IMG/VR virus record: IMGVR_UViG_3300047160_004532
Coordinates: 3,416-67,415 of that record
Reading direction: 5' to 3' (one strand)
Source of the DNA: a virus
Taxonomy: Duplodnaviria > Caudoviricetes
Length of the DNA: 64,000 nt
Below, in pieces: positions 18,295-27,628 of the stretch. The notes under the pieces are model-generated. The model did no database searches. It was not told where the DNA came from and saw only the letters and a program-made list of their open reading frames with translations. The position numbers were made by a program, and so were the translations under genes. Position 1 is the stretch's first letter. The number at the start of each line of letters is the position of its first letter.

Positions 18295-19612
18295 ATTGTC
18301 TCTCGTAAAGGGCACCACGAGCAAGATGATCGATTTCTTCGTCCAGGACTCATCCAGCACCACGGGCGCGGGACTTACTGGACTAACGAGCGGCTCCTCG
18401 GGACTCACCGCCTATTACTATCGCGAGGGTGCAAACGCGTCCGTTTCGATCAGCTTGACGAGCGCGACCCTCGGCACCTTCACGAGCGCGGGATTCATCG
18501 TCGTGGACGGGACGAACATGCCCGGCGTTTACCAGTTGGGCATCCCTAACGCCGCGCTCGCTATCGGCGCCGCGAGCGTTGTCGTGATGCTCAAAGGCGC
18601 GACGAACATGGCCCCGGTGTTGATTGAAATCGAATTGACCGCCTCCGACAACCAGGATGGCGTGCGCTTCGGGCTTACGGCGCTTCCCAACGCCAACGCT
18701 TCGGCGTCCGGTGGCCTGCCAACCGTTGGAACCGGATCTGGACAAATCACGCTCTCTTCCGGCGCTGTCACAGCAGGCACGGTCAGTGACAAGACTGGGT
18801 ACTCCCTCACGCAGAGCTTTCCGACTAACTTCGCGTCCCTGGCTATTACGGGTGGCGGCGCCGTCACGGCCGGAACCGTGAGTGACAAAACCGGCTACAG
18901 CTTGACGCAATCCTTCCCTTCTAACTTCGCTTCTCTCGCTATCACCGTCGGCGGTGCCGTTACGGCGGGCACGGTAAGCGATAAAACCGGCTACTCGCTA
19001 ACCCAGACCTTCCCAACGCACTTCTCAATCCTTGCGATCGACGGGTCCGGAGCCGTGACCGCGGGAACGTTGGCCGGAACGCCGGCGAACTTCTCAAGCA
19101 TGGCGATCACTCCGGGGGGCGCAGTCACCGCTGGCACCGTGACCGATAAGACCGGGTACTCCCTGACCCAAGCATTTCCATCAAACTTTGCGTCGATGGC
19201 GATCTCCGGTGGCGGCGCCGTCACGGCCGGAACTGTCAGTGACAAGACGGGCTACTCCCTGACACAGAGCTTCCCGTCAAACTTCGCCACGATGTCGATC
19301 GACGGCAGCGGGCGCGTGACATACGCGCCAGGCGAAATGCAGATCAAGCGGAATGTCGGGTTCAACCACTTTCAATTCGTCCTCTTCAACAGCGTTGACC
19401 ACGTCACGCCGATATCCGGACTCACTGTCACCTCGCGTGTTTCAGTTGACGGTGCCTCCCCGGTTGCCACCGTCAACACCGCCAGTTCCCTCGCGAACGG
19501 CATCTACAACATCAACCTCGCCGCCGCAGACACGAACGGGACAACGCTAATGTTCGAGTTCACCGCAACGGGCGCGGACCCGACCTTCGTGAGGGTAATC
19601 ACCCAGGCCTAG
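18287..19612 (+). CDS. Virion fibre-like protein with internal 32-aa repeats
   Basis: Paralog of 16514 with inserted repeat stalk. Confidence 0.8.
   Translation: MAKLSLVKGTTSKMIDFFVQDSSSTTGAGLTGLTSGSSGLTAYYYREGANASVSISLTSATLGTFTSAGFIVVDGTNMPGVYQLGIPNAALAIGAASVVVMLKGATNMAPVLIEIELTASDNQDGVRFGLTALPNANASASGGLPTVGTGSGQITLSSGAVTAGTVSDKTGYSLTQSFPTNFASLAITGGGAVTAGTVSDKTGYSLTQSFPSNFASLAITVGGAVTAGTVSDKTGYSLTQTFPTHFSILAIDGSGAVTAGTLAGTPANFSSMAITPGGAVTAGTVTDKTGYSLTQAFPSNFASMAISGGGAVTAGTVSDKTGYSLTQSFPSNFATMSIDGSGRVTYAPGEMQIKRNVGFNHFQFVLFNSVDHVTPISGLTVTSRVSVDGASPVATVNTASSLANGIYNINLAAADTNGTTLMFEFTATGADPTFVRVITQA
18760..19320 (+). repeat. Coding tandem repeat, 96-nt unit
   Basis: GAVTAGTVSDKTGYSLTQSFPSNFASLAI, five full copies and one shortened; boundaries approximate. 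Confidence 0.9.
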
Positions 19613-19616
19613 GAAG

Positions 19617-20297
19617 ATGCTTACAGACATCCTCCTAGGCACGCTAACGTGGTCGCCCTCATATCCGGGCGGCCACACCGCGCCTCCAGTCATCGTCAAG
19701 ACGGCAATCCTGAACTACCCCCAGCTTGCCTTCGATCTCAATCAGGGACCGTTCATCGCAGTCGGCGCTCTTGTCATGGGCGGCACGGGCGCGCGGGTTC
19801 TGACCGCCCAAATCAATTACGAGGGCCAACAGATCATCGACTGGTCCGACGGTCCCTTCCGGATTTACGGCGCAACGGTCCTTGGCGGTTGGCCTGGCAG
19901 CCGGCGCTTCTCCCACATCGACTACGGGTTCTTCGCCCTCGATCTCAACGCCGGACCGTTCCTGATGTGGGGCGCGTCGACCGGGCCCAGCGGCGCGACG
20001 GTCTTCTACCGCATCCTCCAGCCAAAGATCGAATGGCGGCTTCACCCTCGAGTCCCTCCGCCAATGCAGTACACGACGGCGGACGGATCGCTGGTCGGCG
20101 CGGTGGACGGCCTCAACGACACCTTCACGGCGACAGTCTTACTGGACCGGTGGCAGGTTTACGTGAACGGGGTCTGCCAGCAGCTCAACGTGCAGTGCGT
20201 GGCACCGGGCGGCGCGTGGCTGCGGTTCCTGCCGGGGTTCATCCCGCAGAAGGGCGACATCGTCACTGTTGAGGGCTGGATAGGAGCTTCATATTGA
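19617..20297 (+). CDS. Virion protein with C-terminal DGxN beta domain
   Basis: GAVDGLNDTF...YVNGV.Q...PQKGDIVTVEG, like C-terminus of 15466. Confidence 0.7.
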   Translation: MLTDILLGTLTWSPSYPGGHTAPPVIVKTAILNYPQLAFDLNQGPFIAVGALVMGGTGARVLTAQINYEGQQIIDWSDGPFRIYGATVLGGWPGSRRFSHIDYGFFALDLNAGPFLMWGASTGPSGATVFYRILQPKIEWRLHPRVPPPMQYTTADGSLVGAVDGLNDTFTATVLLDRWQVYVNGVCQQLNVQCVAPGGAWLRFLPGFIPQKGDIVTVEGWIGASY

Positions 20298-20440
20298 AAC
20301 ACAACTGGGCACTTAAGCAAATACTCGGCGTGCCGTTCTGCATCATCTGCGGAATCGTCAAGCGCAAGTACGGTCAAAATAAGCCGTGCAAGGGGCCGAC
20401 CAAGATGCGAAAAATGGAGACGCCGATTGATAAGCGCTGA
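20294..20440 (+). CDS. 48-aa Cys-containing phage protein (not in ORF track)
   Basis: MKHNW...CIICGIVKRKYGQNKPCKG; TTGA overlap. Confidence 0.6.
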   Translation: MKHNWALKQILGVPFCIICGIVKRKYGQNKPCKGPTKMRKMETPIDKR

Positions 20441-20807
20441 CCAGATTGTCCTGCATGGCATCGGGGACTACGTTTTACAATCGGACTGGATGGCGACCGA
20501 GAAGACCAAGGGCCACTTCGCCGCGACGATGCACGCCTTGGTGTATTCGTTGCCGTTCATTGTTCTGGTGCCTTCCCCCGTCGCATGGTTTACCATTTTC
20601 TCGACCCACGAGATAATCGACCGATACCGACTAGCTCGTTATATTTGCTGGGCAAAAAACTGGCTCGGCCCGAACCGTCCATGGAGGGAATGCACCAAGA
20701 CCGGGTATCCCGAGGGGCGCCCAGACTGGCTAGCCGTGTGGCTGATGATTTTCGCGGACAACATTCTCCACATCGTCATAAACGGTATGGCTTTGAAGTA
20801 CTTGTGA
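20427..20807 (+). CDS. DUF3307-like membrane protein (moron)
   Basis: HGIGDYVLQSDWMA..K...HALVY...H..ID...ADNILH. Confidence 0.8.
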   Translation: MISADQIVLHGIGDYVLQSDWMATEKTKGHFAATMHALVYSLPFIVLVPSPVAWFTIFSTHEIIDRYRLARYICWAKNWLGPNRPWRECTKTGYPEGRPDWLAVWLMIFADNILHIVINGMALKYL

Positions 20808-20885
20808 TGGACACCACCGCGCGGCGCGTGGCCCAAAGAAGGGCGATATCGTGACCGTGGAAGGATGGATTGGAGCTTCGTACTA

Positions 20886-21344
20886 ATGGTCCCTTCTGAC
20901 GCCTGCTACAACCTCATCAAGCGGTTCGAGTCTTTTCAGCCGAACGCCTACCTTGATCCGGAGGGCATCCCGACCATCGGCTACGGCCATACCTATGGCG
21001 TCGTGATGGGCTTCACCTGCACCCAGGTGCAGGCCGACGACTGGCTGAAGTCGGACGTCAGTCTGGCTGATTCATTCGTCGGGGTCCAAGTCAAGGTTCC
21101 CCTCACGCAGGGCCAGTTCGACGCGCTGACGTCCTTCGTGTTCAACTGCGGGATTCAGGCGTTCGCCGAGTCGACACTCCTGCGAAAGCTCAATGCCGGG
21201 GATTATGCCGGCGCGGCGGCCGAGTTCCCTCGATGGGTCCACGGGAACGGGATGCGCGTCCTCGCGGGGCTAGTCACCCGGCGCGCGACCGAACGGATAC
21301 TGTTCGAGACCGGCACGCTGCCAGCACCGGGCAAGAAGCCTTGA
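20886..21344 (+). CDS. Endolysin, GH24 lysozyme
   Basis: E-8-D-5-T triad (FESFQPNAYLDPEGIPTIGYGHT), QFDALTSFVFNCG, GLVTRR. Confidence 0.93.
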   Translation: MVPSDACYNLIKRFESFQPNAYLDPEGIPTIGYGHTYGVVMGFTCTQVQADDWLKSDVSLADSFVGVQVKVPLTQGQFDALTSFVFNCGIQAFAESTLLRKLNAGDYAGAAAEFPRWVHGNGMRVLAGLVTRRATERILFETGTLPAPGKKP

Positions 21345-21435
21345 AAGTGAGCTGACACAGCCGGGTGCTGTGATACCCTTGCATCAACACGGGGGTTTTC
21401 CCGTGGACATCAGAATTGAAAGGACATCTCTTCAT

Positions 21436-21903
21436 ATGGCTGCAACAGTTTCTTCTCCAGCCGTAGCGGGGCGCATTGCCGTTTACAGCAATCTTTCCGC
21501 GATCATTCTCACCATCAATGCCAACGGCGCCACGTACGTTCAGGGCTCCGGGAACGGCCTTCCATTTGACCTCGCGGCGGCACTTAGTGGCTATCTGGTC
21601 AATGACGAACCCTATTTGAATCCGGGTGACGTCCTGACCGTGTGGCCTTCCGCAGTGACTTCTGGCGGATATACGACCGGCCAGGTGGCCCTCGGCACGC
21701 CGGTGTTGACCGCAGTGAGCGGCTCCGGTTACGGCTCAGCCGCTGGACTTCCGCCACCGATGTCCGTACAGCCCGACAACACGCTGACGACCTTCCCGTG
21801 CAACATCCGGCTCTGGAACGGCACGAGCGAGTTCGGCGCGGGCGCGTGCTCGGAAATCTTCACGATTCTGGTTCTGATCGCTCGCGGCGGCGTTAACGCC
21901 TAA
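21436..21903 (+). CDS. Putative virion protein
   Basis: Small-residue beta-rich ORF in structural cluster. Confidence 0.65.
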   Translation: MAATVSSPAVAGRIAVYSNLSAIILTINANGATYVQGSGNGLPFDLAAALSGYLVNDEPYLNPGDVLTVWPSAVTSGGYTTGQVALGTPVLTAVSGSGYGSAAGLPPPMSVQPDNTLTTFPCNIRLWNGTSEFGAGACSEIFTILVLIARGGVNA

Positions 21904-21940
21904 TATCGGGTAACTCCCGTAAAGAAAGGAGAAACCGATC

Positions 21941-23338
21941 ATGCCATACTCTACCGGACGAACGCCCAACATGCAGGGCGCACTTACACGAGCCATGCGG
22001 CAAGCATGGGAAGGCGACCAGGCAGGCGTCGACCAGCTTCCAATCATGGTACCGATGGCGAACGGCGAAGCGCTGCCGGTCCCCAATGCCGCAGGAACCG
22101 GCTCCGTGCCGGCGCTCTCGGTCAGTTCAGGGGACATTGCCTATATCCCGATCCCAACGCTGGCGACGTACAACGTCGCCCTGAACGCTGCTCTCGGGAC
22201 CACGCGATTTTTCATCGCCGACACCTACTATCGAGTGGCTGGAATCCGTTTCAGCTACAAGACAGCGGGAACGTCCGCCTCGATCGCCATCCAGGTGACG
22301 AAGGACATCCAGGGCCAAGCGCCAGGCGCTGGCGTCTCTCTTCTGGCCACCCCGTTCGACGGCGTCAACGCGACTATCAACATCAGCAACACCGGAACCC
22401 TGGTCAACAATCAGAGCAGCTTGCTGTTGAATCCGGGCGACTTCCTCTCGGTCCAGTTCACCGGGACGCTGACCACGATCGCTGGCGTGGTGGTTGAGGT
22501 GAGCCTGGTGAACACCTGCAACACCGGCTTGCAGGCTCCCGCGGTCGTCGTTAACAATCTTCCGCTCCAGACCCCGTACGGCAAGACGCAGGTTTCTAAC
22601 GTCGCGATGTTCTACACGCACCGCAACACCGACCTCGCGACTACCACGTTCTTTATCGCTAACCGGGACATGTCGATCACGGCGATTTATGCTGTGACGG
22701 GGACGGTGTTCGCCACGGGCGTCACGGTGGACGTCACGAAGGACACCGGGACCAACGCGCCCGGCGCTGGCAATTCGGTCCTATCTGCAGCAATGACCGG
22801 CTTGGCCGGAACAAGCACGGCCAATACCCTCGTAATCCCCGGCCTGAATCTCACAACCAATCGCCTCAACATGGCGGCGGGAGATCGCCTCGCCGTCAAA
22901 TTCTCGGCTACGACAACCGGCGCGGATATCGCCCTGCTGGTGGTGTTCGCTCCGTTATACAACCGCATTGAACAGAGCTTTTTCCTGAACCTCAATGCGC
23001 AGCAGCAGGTAGCCCAGGACTTCATGATTGCCGGACGCAATTACGAAGTAATTGACGCCTCCTGCGTGTACGGCACAACTGCAGGTGGGGCGGCGAAGCT
23101 GGCCGTCACCATCGACAAGTTGTCAAACGCTCCCGGCGCTGGCAATGTCGTCCAGACGGACAACACCAACGCCGGATTCGATATGAACTCCACCGCGAAT
23201 ACGGTTCAGTTCATGACGCCCGCCGCTATCCGCCTACGCCAAGTGTCGCCAGGGGACCGAATCGGACTCAATCCAACCGGCGCCGCCCAGAACATCGCCA
23301 AGGTCTGTGTCACGGTATCCTTGAGGCCGTGGTCCTAA
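21941..23338 (+). CDS. Virion protein with three tandem beta-sandwich repeats
   Basis: FFIA...APGAG...L..GD three times; AAGGAG RBS. Confidence 0.8.
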   Translation: MPYSTGRTPNMQGALTRAMRQAWEGDQAGVDQLPIMVPMANGEALPVPNAAGTGSVPALSVSSGDIAYIPIPTLATYNVALNAALGTTRFFIADTYYRVAGIRFSYKTAGTSASIAIQVTKDIQGQAPGAGVSLLATPFDGVNATINISNTGTLVNNQSSLLLNPGDFLSVQFTGTLTTIAGVVVEVSLVNTCNTGLQAPAVVVNNLPLQTPYGKTQVSNVAMFYTHRNTDLATTTFFIANRDMSITAIYAVTGTVFATGVTVDVTKDTGTNAPGAGNSVLSAAMTGLAGTSTANTLVIPGLNLTTNRLNMAAGDRLAVKFSATTTGADIALLVVFAPLYNRIEQSFFLNLNAQQQVAQDFMIAGRNYEVIDASCVYGTTAGGAAKLAVTIDKLSNAPGAGNVVQTDNTNAGFDMNSTANTVQFMTPAAIRLRQVSPGDRIGLNPTGAAQNIAKVCVTVSLRPWS

Positions 23339-23646
23339 CCGTAAAAGAACGTATCCTTCTCCTGTCGTTGTTGCCCACTGACGGAGGGTCGCTTGCGGCC
23401 CTCCGTATCAAACAGCAGATTTGGTTTTCCCTTGAGGAGCGGGACAGGATCAGCCTTAAGGCCGAACAGGCCGACGGAACCCTCCACTGGACATGGGACA
23501 CCAGCGTCCCTTCAGAGATCGACTTCCACCCCTCAGCGCGGCAAGCGGTCTTTCTCTCGGACCTGATGGTCGCCACGAGCCAGCAGGGGAAGCTCAACGA
23601 CGAAATGGTGCCGCTCTTTCCAAAGCTCTACCTGCCGCCAGAATGA
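23329..23646 (+). CDS. Hypothetical protein
   Basis: LTVKERILLLSLLP.DGGSL; overlaps upstream stop. Confidence 0.65.
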   Translation: MVLTVKERILLLSLLPTDGGSLAALRIKQQIWFSLEERDRISLKAEQADGTLHWTWDTSVPSEIDFHPSARQAVFLSDLMVATSQQGKLNDEMVPLFPKLYLPPE

Positions 23647-24056
23647 TCCGGTTCATCATATTTCCTCCGAGAGGCGGCGAGCGTCTGGCGTTCTTGCTCC
23701 AACTGCCTTGAGCTAGCTTCATTTTCGGCGATCTTCCGGTCAAGCTCAACGATCCGCTGCCTCTCCCGCTCCGGAATTTCACGTTCCGCCAATGCGTACG
23801 AATCAACCAGCCACGACGGGACAGGCAGTCTCGATTCTTCGAACGTATTTTTCATAATCTTGCACAGCGATAAGAGAACGAGAACCTCATCGTCGGAAAG
23901 GGGCGCGAGACGAGATAGGGGCACGCGCTTAACACAGGCGACGAGATCTTTAAGTAATCCAAGACCAAGATGGAGTTGGTTCGACTCACGAAGTGTCTGA
24001 TGACCGGCGTCTTCGACGGCTTCGGTTGCGTTCGGTGTACTATTCTGTCTGGGCAT
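23628..24056 (-). CDS. Antisense moron with coiled-coil C-terminus
   Basis: AGGAGG RBS before ATG 24056. Confidence 0.55.
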   Translation of the reverse strand: MPRQNSTPNATEAVEDAGHQTLRESNQLHLGLGLLKDLVACVKRVPLSRLAPLSDDEVLVLLSLCKIMKNTFEESRLPVPSWLVDSYALAEREIPERERQRIVELDRKIAENEASSRQLEQERQTLAASRRKYDEPDHSGGR

Positions 24057-24146
24057 TATGCGATCCTCCTCATGGTTCGCGTAAGTAAGGGCCACGCGGC
24101 GCGTAGGAACGCCTGCTTGGCCCGGTCCTCATTGTAGACTAAATCA

Positions 24147-25808
24147 GTGTCAGTAAGAGAGTTTTCTCCCGGAAAGCAGATTACTAGTCCGCGCGGGATG
24201 TGGTCCGCAACAGCGCAGAAGCGCATGGGTAGCCCATCGAGGGCCTCCCTAATGCAGAATATGCGGGTCGCGCCCGGCGTCGTCCGCAGCCGCCCAGGAA
24301 CGACGCCGATCGCGCCGGCCACGGGATTTGTGACCGGGCTCTTCAATTGGATCGACCCACTCGGCGTCAACCACGTCCTATTCCGGGACGGCACGGTTAT
24401 CAGCGACTTCGTCCAGGGAGTCGGAACGGCGACGGTGATGAACAGCATCGGCACGACCTACCGGCCGTCCTTTGCCGATCTTGACGTCTGGACCTACATC
24501 TGCGGTTACGATACCGCCGGCATCGGGACGTTCCAGGCGCGGACCTTCGACGGAACAAACGCGCCGGATCTTTGCTTTGCGCCTCCGATCGCATTGACTG
24601 CGGCCACGGCAACGGACGGCGGAAGCGGACAATGCACTCAGGGCACGCACTTTATCGGATTCGTCTACGAGAATCGGGACGGCTACTCCGGACGGCCAAG
24701 CACCAAGGTGTCGGGTTCCCCGATCTCAATCACCCTCAACGCCGGACTGCGCAAGGTCAATATCACGGTCACCATACCGGCGCTGACGGACGGCGGTCCA
24801 AGTCCAACTGGAGGCAACGCGACTCTATTCCTGATCGTCACTCGTGCCGATAACCCGAATATCTGGTATTTCCTGCCTCCTGCGGTAGGAGCGTCAACAA
24901 GCGTCGAGCAGCGGCCGGTGCCTTACAATATGCCGACGATGCTGAACTTCGTGTTCGATCTTTCGGATGAAGATCTAGCGGCATCCGCGGATTCGGCGAA
25001 TGACCAGTTTAATTTGCTCTCGCAGGCCGATGATGGGACAGGGCCGTTCAATCCAAATTTCGTCGTCGCTTACGGGCAGCGTATGTGCTATGGCGTCGGG
25101 ACGGTTATCTATATCTCCGATATCGACAATCCCCAGCAAATCGCTGCGGATCGGAATCAGTTATCGATGCCGAATAAGCGCTATATCGGGATGGCGTTTC
25201 CGCTGCCCGGAGGCACGGATCTATTCCTCACTGGCGACGGTTGGACCGCGCGCGTGACGGACAACTCCGATATTCCGGCGACGTGGGCTCAGCCAATCAA
25301 AGTCTCCGATCGCCTCGGCGCCCCGTTCCCGAACTGCGTCTGCTTCAAGACCGGCGGCGGTAACGCGTGGATCGCAACATCGGATGGCCCTTACCAGTTC
25401 AACGGTCAGTTCGCAGAGAAACCGCTCTCCTATCTCGTTTCGGACCAGTGGGAAAGGGTGAACTGGACCGCGGCGTACGCGATCGAGATTGCCGACGATG
25501 CAGCGCACCGCAAGCTGTACATGGCGGTCCCCTTAGACGGCGCCACCATTCCGACGCACACCTTCCTCTGGGACTACCAGAACGGCCTCGAATTCGATCA
25601 GGTCGACTTCTCGATCGACAATTACAACTTCACTCAATTCTCCAGCATCGGCGTCGTGAAGGAGATTTCAAACGATAAGACCAACCTCTGGATAGCGCCG
25701 CCGGGTTCAGGCCACCCGCCGTACTGTTTTACAGTTCAGATTACCGATTCCTCGGCGCAGACGGCGAGCGCTAACTGCTGTATCTCTGTCTCGTGTCCGG
25801 GAGCCTAA
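24147..25808 (+). CDS. Tail nozzle (tail tubular B / P22 gp10-like), N-terminal part, ending in last strands of an Ig-like domain
   Basis: ASLMQNMRVAPGVVRSRPG start, propeller blades (VVAYGQRMCYG...IYISD); ends YCFTVQITDSSAQTASANCCISVSC. Confidence 0.75.
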   Translation: MSVREFSPGKQITSPRGMWSATAQKRMGSPSRASLMQNMRVAPGVVRSRPGTTPIAPATGFVTGLFNWIDPLGVNHVLFRDGTVISDFVQGVGTATVMNSIGTTYRPSFADLDVWTYICGYDTAGIGTFQARTFDGTNAPDLCFAPPIALTAATATDGGSGQCTQGTHFIGFVYENRDGYSGRPSTKVSGSPISITLNAGLRKVNITVTIPALTDGGPSPTGGNATLFLIVTRADNPNIWYFLPPAVGASTSVEQRPVPYNMPTMLNFVFDLSDEDLAASADSANDQFNLLSQADDGTGPFNPNFVVAYGQRMCYGVGTVIYISDIDNPQQIAADRNQLSMPNKRYIGMAFPLPGGTDLFLTGDGWTARVTDNSDIPATWAQPIKVSDRLGAPFPNCVCFKTGGGNAWIATSDGPYQFNGQFAEKPLSYLVSDQWERVNWTAAYAIEIADDAAHRKLYMAVPLDGATIPTHTFLWDYQNGLEFDQVDFSIDNYNFTQFSSIGVVKEISNDKTNLWIAPPGSGHPPYCFTVQITDSSAQTASANCCISVSCPGA

Positions 25809-25809
25809 G

Positions 25810-27618
25810 ATGCCAATAACGGTAAATCTAATATCCCATCCGCTATCGGATGCAGGCAACAACGAGAACGGAATCGGGCCGTACCAAGTAGGCACAAACG
25901 ATTATGTCGCGATTATCGACTTTATCCATGACCCGGAAGGCGCGGCAACCGTTTTCCTGGCGGCATGGAGAAGCCTCGACGGCGGCCTCACGTGGTCACA
26001 ATCCGACGCCACCCACGCGCCACAGCTAACCGGAACCGCCGGCACCGGACAGGTTTACGGAGCCGACATCGATCCCGCTTCTGGAAAGATCGTGGTCGCC
26101 TACTTCTCGCACAGTGGGACGACAATCAACGTAACGACGTTTAATCCGGCGACAAATCTTTGGGGTGAGCCTGGCTATGCTTTTGAGGCTGACTGCTTCG
26201 ACTCTCCGACGGTATTCGTCAAGGTCCGTGACGAGCTTTCCTTCACCTATAGCCCAATCGCGGACTATAAGATCTTCTTTTACTGCATGGCGGCAGGTGC
26301 GGCTTATATAGTCGTTGCTCACTCGGACGGACCTTCCCTAAGCGCTATCGGCTACTACAACGGAACGTCATGGAGCGGCTCTTTCCCGGACGGCGGAGCC
26401 TTTTTCACGGCAATCCCAGACTCTACCCGCTCGTTTCTTCACGTCTTTACCGGATCTGGAACTGACTTCAATAAGCTCGAACATACAGCGTGGACAGCAG
26501 GAACGGCTGGCGCAACTTTCGAGGTTGCCGACTGGAACACGTCAAGTCCATTTCCCGTATTCGACAGAGCACAAACGACTGGCTGGATCTCCCGCGGCTG
26601 CGCATTTATTGCTTTCGGGAACGTCTATGTAGCGGGGCTCAGTAGTGATTCAACCAACAGCCACATCTACCTGATGTACGGGACCGATATTTCGACACCG
26701 GCGATGATCTACTCGACGCAGACGATCTCGACGCCGGGAAGCGGAACGTTTGCCCTTAACAACATCCTCATGATGTTTGATGGCACGACATTTAGCATCG
26801 TTTTCGGTAGCGGAGATCCGTTAACGGCGAACACCTATTTAGTAAACAGCACCGACGGCACGACATTCACGGTCAATCCCACGGCAATATCGCCGCTTGC
26901 GAGCGTGTATGCACAAGGAACCTCGCCGCGCGACTACTTTGCTTCTGCCGGAATGATCCTCAGCCGATCGCCGAATCTAGCCCCAGGCATTGGCGTCCCC
27001 TACTACATGGTCTCAGGGGGCAGCCCGCCGCCGCCTACGCCGACGATCGGATGTAATGATCCGCCGACCGCGACCATCGGGACGCCGTATAGCCACACGT
27101 TTTCTTTCAGCGGTGGAACCCCACCTTACACATTCGCAATTACATCCGGTTCGCTGCCGCCCGGCCTTTCCCTCAATACTTCAACCGGCGTGGTTTCGGG
27201 AACGCCATCCGGAGCCGGAATCACTTGCGCCTCAATCGTCCACTATGACGCCAGTACCTTCAACGACAGCGGGGCGGCCGTCGCCACTCTCTGGGAGAGC
27301 GGCCTCGCGCGCGGGGTAGGCGAGCTCGTGAGCATGATGATTCGCCTCGGGGGATGCCTCATCTGGGCGCGCGGGAACGGAACGCTGAACGTCATCGCGT
27401 GGGGCCCAGACCATCAGCAAAGCCAGAATCCGCCGCTTATGATCGTACAGGGAGTGCCGGCGTTGCTGACGCCGCGGCCTGGCGTCACGTATCAGACGCG
27501 ATTTGACATGCGGCAGATCGAGAACGCGACCATGCAAGTAGGAACGAACGCGGTGGATGAATGGGTTGAAGTGTCGATGCTGCAACCACTTTGGAAGCCA
27601 GACCTGTTCAACAGGTAG
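25810..27618 (+). CDS. Asp-box propeller + N-terminal part of Ig-like domain + nozzle C-terminal domain
   Basis: RSLDGGLTWS and STDGTTF Asp-boxes; TPYSHTF..SGGTPPYTFAITSGSLPPGLSLNTSTGVVSGTP; HYDASTFNDSG..V.TLWESG. Confidence 0.75.
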   Translation: MPITVNLISHPLSDAGNNENGIGPYQVGTNDYVAIIDFIHDPEGAATVFLAAWRSLDGGLTWSQSDATHAPQLTGTAGTGQVYGADIDPASGKIVVAYFSHSGTTINVTTFNPATNLWGEPGYAFEADCFDSPTVFVKVRDELSFTYSPIADYKIFFYCMAAGAAYIVVAHSDGPSLSAIGYYNGTSWSGSFPDGGAFFTAIPDSTRSFLHVFTGSGTDFNKLEHTAWTAGTAGATFEVADWNTSSPFPVFDRAQTTGWISRGCAFIAFGNVYVAGLSSDSTNSHIYLMYGTDISTPAMIYSTQTISTPGSGTFALNNILMMFDGTTFSIVFGSGDPLTANTYLVNSTDGTTFTVNPTAISPLASVYAQGTSPRDYFASAGMILSRSPNLAPGIGVPYYMVSGGSPPPPTPTIGCNDPPTATIGTPYSHTFSFSGGTPPYTFAITSGSLPPGLSLNTSTGVVSGTPSGAGITCASIVHYDASTFNDSGAAVATLWESGLARGVGELVSMMIRLGGCLIWARGNGTLNVIAWGPDHQQSQNPPLMIVQGVPALLTPRPGVTYQTRFDMRQIENATMQVGTNAVDEWVEVSMLQPLWKPDLFNR

Positions 27619-27628
27619 GAGAGCGTAT

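Larger units (their letters stand above)
20250..20886 (+). repeat. 48-nt recoded direct repeat (20250-20297 and 20839-20886)
   Basis: Both encode KGDIVTVEGWIGASY-stop; 38/48 nt identical, all differences synonymous. Confidence 0.9.

Noticed and set aside
18760-19320. CRISPR-like array
   Set aside because: Repeats are in-frame coding units without unique spacers; same for 38450-39940
20250-20886. DGR template/variable repeat pair
   Set aside because: Differences are synonymous and not adenine-specific; no reverse transcriptase in window
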